A stretch of 33,324 bases of DNA. Origin: Chloroflexota bacterium (GTDB lineage: Bacteria > Chloroflexota > Limnocylindria > QHBO01). Within the stretch, counting starts at the first letter, position 1; every line of letters starts with the position of its first letter. The position numbers and the translations under genes are program-made. The notes beneath the pieces are model-generated. The model searched no databases and was not told the origin of the DNA. It saw only the letters and a program-made list of their open reading frames with translations. The DNA is taken from contig JBDTYC010000002.1 of the NCBI GenBank assembly GCA_040005815.1, forward strand, positions 1 to 33,324. The letters are read 5' to 3'. Below are positions 7,360 to 14,972 of the stretch, piece after piece.

Positions 7360-8151
7360 TCAGGTCAGTCGAGTCAGGATCGACTCGCGTTCGAACGCCC
7401 ACGAGCCGATCAGCAGCGTGATGCCGACCAGCCCCGCCACCAGCAGGTCCCCGATCAGCACCTGCTGCATCGTGAAGGTGGCGTGGCCGCCGAAGAACTG
7501 GGCGACCGCAATCGCGATGATCGGAATCACGACGAAGCCGCCGATCTGCTGCGCCGTCCGCGGGTCGTTAACGCGGCTGCTGATCACGATCCCGAGCAGC
7601 ACGCTGAGGAGGCAGATGAGCGGCACGAGCGTCAGCATGGCGACGATCCAGACGTCGCTGAAGACGAAGCGGGTCAGCCGCGTGTCCGCGATCAGGCCGT
7701 TGACGTAGCCATAGCCGATGAAGACCAGCCATGTAGCGGTCACCGCCGGCAGCGCGGCGGCGATCGTCTTTCCGGCCAGCAGCTCGGACACCTCGAGCGG
7801 TGTCGCCAGCTGCGGCTCGAGCGAGCGCGCCACCTTCTCGCCGATCACCGACTGGGTCGCGATCGCCATCGGCACCATGGCCGGGATCAGCAGAAAGTAG
7901 GCCATGAAGTTGGTGACGATGAAGGCCTGGGCCGCCAGCTTGGCGGGGATGTTCGGGAAGTTGGCGATGTACTGCTGGATCTGGCCCATCTGCTCCGGGT
8001 CGAGGTTGCGCGCCTGGATGAAGGCCACGAGGCCGGTCGGGATGGCGGCGAAGACGAGCGCCGGGAACGCCACCGCGCCGAGCAGGAGGCGGTTGCTGAG
8101 CAGGTCGCGCCACTCCTTGGAGAAGACCGCCCAGACATAGCCGATCCTCAT
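7360..8151 (-). CDS. ABC-2 type transporter permease
   Basis: 263 aa with about six TM helices. The N-terminus (FSKEWRDLLSNRLLL) is typical of NatB/ABC-2 permeases. Its ATG overlaps the stop of the ATPase gene (ATGA). Confidence 0.85.
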   Translation of the reverse strand: MRIGYVWAVFSKEWRDLLSNRLLLGAVAFPALVFAAIPTGLVAFIQARNLDPEQMGQIQQYIANFPNIPAKLAAQAFIVTNFMAYFLLIPAMVPMAIATQSVIGEKVARSLEPQLATPLEVSELLAGKTIAAALPAVTATWLVFIGYGYVNGLIADTRLTRFVFSDVWIVAMLTLVPLICLLSVLLGIVISSRVNDPRTAQQIGGFVVIPIIAIAVAQFFGGHATFTMQQVLIGDLLVAGLVGITLLIGSWAFERESILTRLT

Positions 8152-9089
8152 CGGTCCGTGTCCCGCTCGCCGATCTCGCCCACCAGTGCCAGATACGCCT
8201 CTTCCAGGGTCTGCGCCTCCTCGACCACCGAGGTGATCCGCGCGCCCGCGCCAACCAGCTCGGCGACCAGGTCGGGAGTCTCGTGGGGCGGATCGGCCAT
8301 CTCGACCACCAGGGCGTTGTCGTGGGCCTGGACGCCGCTCACGTACGAGAGGTCGGCCAGCCGGGTGATGAACGACTCCGGACCGCGCGCGCCATTCAGC
8401 TCGACCCGTACCGTCGCTGTCCGGCCGTGACGCCGCAGCCCGGCCGGGGTGTCCACCCGCAGCAGCGTGCCGCGCATGATCCCGATCCGGTCGCAGAGCC
8501 GCTCGGCCTCGTCCAGGTTGTGGGTGCAGACCACGATCGAGCGACCGAGGCCGCGCAGCGTGGCGATAAAGTCCCGAATGTGCTTTGCGGCCGATGGGTC
8601 GAGCCCGCTCGTCGGCTCGTCGAGGTAGATCACCTCCGGCTCGTGCAGCAGCGCACGGGCAATCGCGATCTTCTGGCGCATCCCCTTGCTGAAGCCGCCC
8701 ACGCGGCGATCTGCGTGCTCCGTCATCTCGACCACACCGAGGTAGCGCTCGACGGCCTGGCTGAGCTTCGCCCCACCGAATCCGTAGAGGCGGCCGTAGT
8801 AGGCAAGGTTCTGGCGTGCGGTCAGCTTGTCGTGCAGACCGGGACTCTCCGTCAGGATCCCGGTGAAGGCCCGGATCTGCTGCGTCGTCTCTCCGAGCGG
8901 GTGGCCATTCACGATGGCGGTGCCCGCGGTCGGTGAAATCAACCCGGCCAGCATCCGGACCGTGGTCGTCTTGCCGGCCCCGTTCGGGCCGAGCAGGCCG
9001 AAAATCTCCCCGTCGCCCACCGTGAAGGACATGTCGTGCACGGCAGTCAGCGAACGGAAGTCTTTGCGAAGACCCTCGACCACGATCAT
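8148..9089 (-). CDS. ABC transporter ATP-binding protein (ABC-2/NatA-CcmA type)
   Basis: 313 aa with Walker A GPNGAGKTT, signature FSKGMRQKIAIARAL and Walker B VIYLDEPTSGLD. ATG 9089 has no SD and lies 8 nt below TAGCAT. Confidence 0.95.
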   Translation of the reverse strand: MIVVEGLRKDFRSLTAVHDMSFTVGDGEIFGLLGPNGAGKTTTVRMLAGLISPTAGTAIVNGHPLGETTQQIRAFTGILTESPGLHDKLTARQNLAYYGRLYGFGGAKLSQAVERYLGVVEMTEHADRRVGGFSKGMRQKIAIARALLHEPEVIYLDEPTSGLDPSAAKHIRDFIATLRGLGRSIVVCTHNLDEAERLCDRIGIMRGTLLRVDTPAGLRRHGRTATVRVELNGARGPESFITRLADLSYVSGVQAHDNALVVEMADPPHETPDLVAELVGAGARITSVVEEAQTLEEAYLALVGEIGERDTDR

Positions 9090-9097
9090 CGACGCTG

Positions 9098-9103
9098 ATG
9101 CTA
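9098..9103 (-). promoter_or_regulatory. -10-like TAGCAT, 8 nt upstream of ATG 9089 (leaderless candidate)
   Basis: The minus strand reads gccgcTAGCATcagcgtcgATG. Confidence 0.5.
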
Positions 9104-9164
9104 GCGGCTGCAGCTTCCCGTCACCGCCGGACCTATGACGGGGTCACCGGCCTGACCAACGGCC

Positions 9165-9170
9165 TAGCAT
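9165..9170 (+). promoter_or_regulatory. -10-like TAGCAT, 7 nt upstream of ATG 9178 (leaderless candidate)
   Basis: The plus strand reads cggccTAGCATgaggggcATG. It mirrors the divergent TAGCAT at 9103..9098. Confidence 0.5.
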
Positions 9171-9177
9171 GAGGGGC

Positions 9178-9696
9178 ATGCCGGAACGCACCCTGAGCAG
9201 CCGCCGCGCATTCAGCGGACGCCTCCTTGCCATGCGGGTGGACGAGGTCGAGATGGATTCGGGCCGCCGAGCCACCCGTGAGGTGGTCGAGCATCCAGGG
9301 GCCGTGGCGATCCTCGCATGGGACGGCGAGCGGTTGGCGGCGGTGCGCCAGTGGCGGCAGGCGGCGGGCGCCGAGCTGCTCGAGATTCCGGCGGGAACGT
9401 GCGAGCCTGGCGAATCGCCGCTCGTCACCGCTCAGCGCGAGCTCGCCGAGGAATGCGGCCTGGGAGCGGCGCGGTGGGAGGAAGGCCCCGCCTTTTACAC
9501 GGCGCCGGGCTTCTCGACCGAGCTGCTGACCCTCTTCCTGGCGACGGATCTCCTGCCCGCGGAGGTTCCGTCTCCGGAGGACGAGGCGCTCGAACAATCG
9601 TGGCTCACCATGGCCGATGCACTGGCCGCGATCGACGATGGACGGATCCGGGACGCGAAGTCGCTGGTGGGAATTCTCTGGCTGGCGCGGCGCTAG
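9178..9696 (+). CDS. NUDIX hydrolase (ADP-ribose pyrophosphatase-like)
   Basis: Nudix box GTCEPGESPLVTAQRELAEECGL, preceded by REVVEHPGAVAIL as in NudF-type enzymes. The ORF-track start 9169 lies inside a TAGCAT hexamer, so I prefer ATG 9178, 7 nt downstream of it. Confidence 0.9.
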   Translation: MPERTLSSRRAFSGRLLAMRVDEVEMDSGRRATREVVEHPGAVAILAWDGERLAAVRQWRQAAGAELLEIPAGTCEPGESPLVTAQRELAEECGLGAARWEEGPAFYTAPGFSTELLTLFLATDLLPAEVPSPEDEALEQSWLTMADALAAIDDGRIRDAKSLVGILWLARR

Positions 9697-9709
9697 CTCG
9701 CGGGATGCA

Positions 9710-10081
9710 TCACCCCGCGTCAAGCCGCGTCAGAGCGCGACGATAGTCCTCGTTCTCCGGTTTCAGGAAGACAGCCATGCGCAGATGTGCACGACCCGCG
9801 GCGGCATCGCCGATCCGGGCTCGCGACAGCCCGAGGCCGAATTGCGCGTAGTGGGCCAATGGATCGGCGTCGACGATGGCCTGGAACTCCTCGGCCGCGC
9901 GCGTATGCTCGCCCTGGCCGAAGTAGGCCCGCGCCAGCGCCTCGCGGATGGACGCGCTGCCCGGCTCGAGCACCAGGCAGCGTTCCAGGAGCAGGGCGGC
10001 TGCGGCGGGATGGTGCTCCGCCAGCAACGCGCTGCCGCGCTGAAACAGGTCATAGGCCGATTCGCACTCGTCGGAGGTCAT
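9710..10081 (-). CDS. Tetratricopeptide repeat (TPR) protein
   Basis: 123 aa with about three TPR-like helix pairs (A..LLE.CL.L.P......EALARAYFGQGEH..A.EEF..IV..DP). It starts 8 nt downstream of the preceding gene. Confidence 0.7.
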   Translation of the reverse strand: MTSDECESAYDLFQRGSALLAEHHPAAAALLLERCLVLEPGSASIREALARAYFGQGEHTRAAEEFQAIVDADPLAHYAQFGLGLSRARIGDAAAGRAHLRMAVFLKPENEDYRRALTRLDAG

Positions 10082-10089
10082 GACCGCTG

Positions 10090-11148
10090 CTATGAGCGCA
10101 GGTCGACCCGCGTGAGGCGAGGGTTCTCGGTTCGGCCCGGGATGCGCCCCCGCTTGGCAACGGGTTGTCCGTCAATCTCCTTCAGGTCGCCAGTGAAGTC
10201 GATCGGCGATGCGTCGGAGATGGCCGATCCGACGGCGAACGAATCGATGGGCGCGTCCGACGCCTTGAAATACGCGATCCGCTCAAGATCCATGCCGCCC
10301 GAGACGACGATCTTCACGCGCTGATGGCCGGCCAGATCGAGTCGGGCGCGGACCTCCTTCACGAGGTCGGCGGTGACGCGACCGCGCTCCGACGGGGTGT
10401 CCAGGCGCACACCCCACAGCCGATCGCCCAGGGCGTCGGCCACGCGCAGCGACTCCTCCGCCTCGTCCTTGAAGGTGTCGACCAGTACGATCCGCGGCAC
10501 GTCAGGGTCGATATGGCGGTCGAAGGCCTCCGCCGCGCGAACGGTGTCGCCGAAGATGATGATCAGCGCGTGGGGCATGGTGCCAGTCGGCGCGAGACCC
10601 GCCAGGCGGGCTCCGGCTGGAGTCGAGGCGCCGACGCAGCCACCGACCACCGAGGCGTAGTCCATCTGATCGGCGACGCTGGGGTGCACGTGACGCGCGC
10701 CAAAGCCGATCACCGGGACGGGCGCGGCCGCCTCCACGATCCGCCGGGCGGCGGTCGCCCAGCCGGTGCTCTGGGAGAGGATCCCGAGGATGGCGGTCTC
10801 GTACAGCCCGAACGCAGAGTAGCGGGCAGTGATCCGCATCACCACCTCCTTCGGCCCGATTAGGTCGCCGTCGTGGAGCGACTCGACGATCCGTGGTGAG
10901 TCGCCCGTGCCATCTGCCCCGCCGAGGATCGCGCGCAGGTAGGCGAGCGCCTCTTCGGCGCCGCACAGCACCGCTTCTTCGCGCGCGAATATCTCCATCG
11001 TAACGACCGGGTCGAGCCTCTCGGCGGCCAGGATGCGGCGCGCCCGCTCGAAATAGACATCGGCGGTGTCGCCGGCGAGGACATCGGCGGCTGGGAGGAA
11101 GCGCGGCGGCGCGATGGCCCGCTTGGCGATCGTCTCCTCGGTCGTCAT
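10090..11148 (-). CDS. Nicotinate phosphoribosyltransferase (short, archaeal-like type II PRTase)
   Basis: 352 aa. The N-terminus (DVYFERARRIL....LDP.V.MEIF.R...VLCG..EA) and the TIM-barrel portion (FGARHVHP......DYA..VGG....ST..GA....L.P.GTMPHA) match the NadC/PncB type II phosphoribosyltransferase fold. Its ATG overlaps the upstream stop (ATGA). Confidence 0.8.
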   Translation of the reverse strand: MTTEETIAKRAIAPPRFLPAADVLAGDTADVYFERARRILAAERLDPVVTMEIFAREEAVLCGAEEALAYLRAILGGADGTGDSPRIVESLHDGDLIGPKEVVMRITARYSAFGLYETAILGILSQSTGWATAARRIVEAAAPVPVIGFGARHVHPSVADQMDYASVVGGCVGASTPAGARLAGLAPTGTMPHALIIIFGDTVRAAEAFDRHIDPDVPRIVLVDTFKDEAEESLRVADALGDRLWGVRLDTPSERGRVTADLVKEVRARLDLAGHQRVKIVVSGGMDLERIAYFKASDAPIDSFAVGSAISDASPIDFTGDLKEIDGQPVAKRGRIPGRTENPRLTRVDLRS

Positions 11149-13088
11149 GTGGCAGCAGTGTAGTGGCTGCCAGATCGGCGCCGGAACGTGACCCCCACGG
11201 CCAGGCCGAGCAGCGCCACAAGAACGGCGGCGCCGGCCAGCCGCACGGCCCCGTCCGTCGGCGCCCGATTGAGGGCAAGCTCCAGCCGATCCAGCACACC
11301 GGCCGCGGCACGCAGGTCGCCGCCGGCGAAGTTCGCGGCGGCGTGGGCGAGCAGTTGCTCGGGGTCATCGGCCAGGAGGAGGCCCACCGCGTCGAGGACG
11401 CCACGTTGGGCCGCCGCGCGCTGCTGCACGGCGACGTACGCGTCCACCAGCGCGCCCTCAGCGTCGAGCTCCGCAACGGCCACTGCGCCACCTCCGGCCG
11501 CGACGTAGCGCTCCCGAAGCCGATTGGGCGGCACGAGGCCCGCGACGGCGCAGGTCTCCAGCAGCGCGTCGCGTTCCTTCAGCCAGGCGGACGTCGCCGA
11601 GATGGCTGCAGCCGCTTCGGCGAAGCGCCACTCGCTCATCGCGGCTCGCACCGGATCTGGCGCACCCCAGTCTCCCGCCTCCATCAGAAGGCGACGGTAG
11701 AGGCCACGGGCCATGGTGCGCTGCTCAAGCTCAATCGTGGCATCTGGGCCGAACACCGCTTCGCTGAAGAGGTCGGAGACGTCGGCACCGACGGCCACAT
11801 CGAGCTGGTCGAGGAGCCGCCGGGTATCAACCGGCGGTTGCGGCCGCCCGTCGCCACCCGCCGCGTCAGGCTCGCCGGGGTCGTACGCAGATAGTCCGCC
11901 GGCGACGCGCTCGAGCGCCGTTCGCAGGTGCGGCTCCCCGACCAGGGAGCCGATCCGGTCGAACAGCGCCCACGATGCAGCGTACCCAAACGCATCGGCC
12001 ACGCCACTTGCGTCGGCGACGTGCCAGTCGAGGAGCGGACGCGCGTCGGCCGCGAGGGCTTCCGCGCGCTCCACGGGATCGAATGGAGGCGGCACGCCCA
12101 GCCCAGCGGCAACCTGGGCTGCGTAATGCGAGGCGAGCCCCTCACGGATCCATCGATCTGCGGCGAGCTTATCGCCTACCCAGACATGGGCTGTCTGGTG
12201 GAGGAGGGTGAACGCGGAGCCGTCGAACGCCGCGTCAATCTCAGCTGTGGCGGACGGCAATCCACCGCCGCTGGGCTCGCCGACGGCCGCTTCGCTCACG
12301 ACGAGCGGCCCCAGCCGCGGATACGGCAGGCCGATCGCCTCTTCCAGCTGCGGCAGCGCCGCGGCGAGGAGCGCGAGCGTCTCCTCGCCCCAAACCGGAT
12401 CGTCGCTCCACGATCGCACCTGGAGGTCCACGGTCCCACTGGCCAGTGCCACGCTCGCCGACCGCGTGGCGTAGTCCCCCGGAAGGACCGCGGTGACGAT
12501 CGCGAACCACGAAGCCGGATCAGCGATGGGGCCGCTGCTCAGCAGAACACCGCCGTCGCCCTGCTGGCCGGTCAGCATGGGGTCGCCGTCGGCGCGGGTC
12601 TCGTAGCCGACTGGCACCCCGACGGTGACCTGGGAGGTCGTCCCAAAACCCCAGGCCGGGAATTTCACGACCCTACGACGCACGTGCAGATCGGGAGCCG
12701 CCCCATCAGTCAGCGAATAGACGAGCGTGAAGTTCACCGACTTGTTGTACCGCACGCGGGAACGGGTCTTGACGGACGCCACCTGAACGCCGTCCTGCAT
12801 CTTGAGGTCGACGTGCAGTCCGCCGGAAGCATCCGACGCCGTCACCGCCGACGCACCGTCCTGCAGCCCCAGGTCGACGTGGGTGAAGGCGCTGGTCTGT
12901 CCGGGCGGATCCGGCAGCGTGTTCGTGAAGGTGACAGCCACGCTGACGGCGATCTCACCGGCGACCGGATCGACGGTATACGCGGCGGTCGTCACCATCT
13001 CGTACTCGGTCGCGCCCTCGACCTGGGGAGGCAGTACCCACACGAAGAGCAGGGCGATGGCGATCGCCTCGAGCAGGCGGCGCCTCAA
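11145..13088 (-). CDS. Secreted, C-terminally anchored M1-like (gluzincin-like) protein with HQxxH in place of HExxH
   Basis: The ORF-track model is 11145..13229 (TTG start). I prefer TTG 13088, which overlaps the upstream TGA as TTGA and yields a clean signal peptide (RRRLLEAIAIALLFVWVLPPQVEGA). The sequence has a beta-rich N-terminal half, then LLHQTAHVWVGDKLAADRWIREGLA (compare M1 HELAHQW...W.NEGFA). An Ala-rich helical C-terminal half follows, ending in a TM helix plus RRR. Confidence 0.7.
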   Translation of the reverse strand: MRRRLLEAIAIALLFVWVLPPQVEGATEYEMVTTAAYTVDPVAGEIAVSVAVTFTNTLPDPPGQTSAFTHVDLGLQDGASAVTASDASGGLHVDLKMQDGVQVASVKTRSRVRYNKSVNFTLVYSLTDGAAPDLHVRRRVVKFPAWGFGTTSQVTVGVPVGYETRADGDPMLTGQQGDGGVLLSSGPIADPASWFAIVTAVLPGDYATRSASVALASGTVDLQVRSWSDDPVWGEETLALLAAALPQLEEAIGLPYPRLGPLVVSEAAVGEPSGGGLPSATAEIDAAFDGSAFTLLHQTAHVWVGDKLAADRWIREGLASHYAAQVAAGLGVPPPFDPVERAEALAADARPLLDWHVADASGVADAFGYAASWALFDRIGSLVGEPHLRTALERVAGGLSAYDPGEPDAAGGDGRPQPPVDTRRLLDQLDVAVGADVSDLFSEAVFGPDATIELEQRTMARGLYRRLLMEAGDWGAPDPVRAAMSEWRFAEAAAAISATSAWLKERDALLETCAVAGLVPPNRLRERYVAAGGGAVAVAELDAEGALVDAYVAVQQRAAAQRGVLDAVGLLLADDPEQLLAHAAANFAGGDLRAAAGVLDRLELALNRAPTDGAVRLAGAAVLVALLGLAVGVTFRRRSGSHYTAAT

Positions 13089-13717
13089 CGGTTGGTGCCC
13101 AACATGCGCTCGAGCAGGCTGCGCCTTCGCGGACGGACCGGCATCGGCTCCCAGGCTGGCATCGCCTCCTCCACCTCGTCGCGATGCGCGGCGAGCAGCG
13201 CCTGGTTGCGCGGCGTGCGACCGCTCCAATCGGGCAGCTGGCCGCGGTCGGCCACCGCCCCCGCCGTCTCGTCCAGTAGCCGGTCGGCAACCACCGTAAA
13301 GCGGACGAGCGTGCGGGCCACTGCGTCGCGATCGAGGCCGGCGGCCGGCAGCTCGGTCATGAGCATCGGGCGGTCGTCATCGGTCAGTGCGAACTTGATG
13401 AAGGGGTAGTCGTAGTTGGCGCGCAGCATGCGCGCGTAGACGCGCTTCGGGACCTCCATCTCCTCGGTGCCGTAGTACGCCCACGCGGAGAGGCCCACGC
13501 CTTCGACCCATGCGACGGTGGTGCGCAGATCGAAGCGACGAGCGCCATCGAGCAGCAGGTCGCGGCTGAGGGCGGCGTCACCGGGTGCGCCGCCGCCACC
13601 GACGACCTCGATCCCAAGCTCGGCCAGCCAGGCGTCGAGCGGCGGGGCATCGTCAGCCAGGGTGCGCCACCGTCTCGCCGGACGGAATGCTCCGACGGCG
13701 CCCGAAGTCGGCTTCAT
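13085..13717 (-). CDS. YbjN-like (type III secretion chaperone-like fold) domain protein
   Basis: The ORF-track model is 13085..13732 (TTG start). ATG 13717 is the first ATG. The region YARMLRANYDYPFIKFALTDDDRPMLMTELPAAGLDRDAVARTLVRF resembles the YbjN family. Either start overlaps the 3' end of glgC by 65-80 nt. Confidence 0.55.
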   Translation of the reverse strand: MKPTSGAVGAFRPARRWRTLADDAPPLDAWLAELGIEVVGGGGAPGDAALSRDLLLDGARRFDLRTTVAWVEGVGLSAWAYYGTEEMEVPKRVYARMLRANYDYPFIKFALTDDDRPMLMTELPAAGLDRDAVARTLVRFTVVADRLLDETAGAVADRGQLPDWSGRTPRNQALLAAHRDEVEEAMPAWEPMPVRPRRRSLLERMLGTNR

Positions 13718-14912
13718 CGACCCCGGGGTCAATTCGGCAGTTGCGCCCGATCACAATCCCGGCCGGAATGCGAGCCCGCTTCCCGACCAGCGTGATCCCG
13801 GCAAAGAGGCGCTCCGGCTCCTGCCGGTTCGGGCGCAGATCGTCTCCGTCCCCCAGCCGGGCGCGGTCCCCGACCACGCAATCCTTGTCGAGGATGGCGC
13901 GATCGACGCTCGCGCCCGCGCCGATCACCGTGTCGAACATCACGATCGAGTCGCGAACGATCGCCCCCGCCTCGACGCGGACGCCGGGCGAGAGGATGCT
14001 GCGCTCGACCGTGCCGTGGATCACGCACCCATGGCTGACCATGCTGCGCGAGACATTCGCCTCGGGCCCGATCAGGGCCGGGGCGCGTTCCTCGCTCTTG
14101 GTGTAAATCAGCCAACCCCGATCGTACAGGTCGATCCCGGGTTGATCCGACAGCAGGTCGAGGCTGGTCTGCCAGTAGCTCTCGACGGTCCCGACATCCT
14201 GCCAGTAGCCGCCATAGTGGTACGACCCCACGCGGCGCCCGGCGGCGACCATGGCGGGGATCACGTCGCGGCCGAAGTCGACTCGCTCCGACGAGAGGAC
14301 CGAGCGCAGGTACGGCCAGGCAAAGACGTAGACGCCCATGCTGACGAGGTTGCTGGTGGGCTTCGCCGGCTTCTCTGTGAAGGCCGTGATCCAGCCGTCG
14401 TCATCCACCTCGAGGATCCCGAACCGATGCGCATCCTCGATCGGGACGGTGCGCACCGCGCAGGTGATGTCCGCCATCGTGGCCCGATGCCGTTCGATGA
14501 AGGGCCGGTAATCCATCTTGTACACATGGTCGCCGGCGAGGATCACCACCAGCTCGGGGTCGCGGTCGGCGATGAACTCGACGTTCTGGAGCACCGCGTC
14601 GGCGGTGCCGCGGTACCAGTCCCTTGACCGGCCCCGCCCCAGGTACGGCTGCAGCAACGTCACGCCGCCACGGCTGCGGTCGAGGTCCCAGGGGCGCCCG
14701 ACGCCGATGTGGTCGATCAGGGAGCGCGGCGCGTACTGGGTCAGGACCGCAACATCGGTCAGGCCGGAGTTGACCGCGTTCGAGAGCGCGAAGTCGATGA
14801 TTCGATACTTGCCGCCGAACGGAACGCCGGGCTTGGCGCGCACCTGGGACAGGATCGAGAGCCGCTCACCCTCGCCACCGGCCAGCACCAGGGTCAAAAT
14901 CGACTTCGCCAC
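13653..14912 (-). CDS. glgC: Glucose-1-phosphate adenylyltransferase
   Basis: 419 aa. The segment LAGGEGERLSILSQVRAKPGVPFGGKYRIIDFALSNAVNSG is nearly the canonical GlgC N-terminal signature, and a left-handed beta-helix C-terminal domain follows. GTG start at 14912 with no SD. Confidence 0.95.
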   Translation of the reverse strand: MAKSILTLVLAGGEGERLSILSQVRAKPGVPFGGKYRIIDFALSNAVNSGLTDVAVLTQYAPRSLIDHIGVGRPWDLDRSRGGVTLLQPYLGRGRSRDWYRGTADAVLQNVEFIADRDPELVVILAGDHVYKMDYRPFIERHRATMADITCAVRTVPIEDAHRFGILEVDDDGWITAFTEKPAKPTSNLVSMGVYVFAWPYLRSVLSSERVDFGRDVIPAMVAAGRRVGSYHYGGYWQDVGTVESYWQTSLDLLSDQPGIDLYDRGWLIYTKSEERAPALIGPEANVSRSMVSHGCVIHGTVERSILSPGVRVEAGAIVRDSIVMFDTVIGAGASVDRAILDKDCVVGDRARLGDGDDLRPNRQEPERLFAGITLVGKRARIPAGIVIGRNCRIDPGVDEADFGRRRSIPSGETVAHPG

Positions 14913-14918
14913 GGGCTG

Positions 14919-14927
14919 ATTCTCGCA
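14919..14927 (-). promoter_or_regulatory. Extended -10-like TGcGAGAAT, 6 nt upstream of GTG 14912 (glgC, leaderless candidate)
   Basis: The minus strand reads cgtcgTGcGAGAATcagcccGTG. The same TGnGAGAAT element occurs in the tRNA-His promoter. Confidence 0.4.
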
Positions 14928-14972
14928 CGACGGAACGCGGCTGCTGGCAAGCGGCCAGCCTGCGCACTTCGC

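Noticed and set aside
9699-9719. A hairpin (CGCGGG-N9-CCCGCG) between the convergent NUDIX and TPR genes, considered as a bidirectional terminator.
   Set aside because: The stem is only 6 bp and no U-tract flanks either side. It overlaps the TPR stop codon. The evidence is too weak to call.
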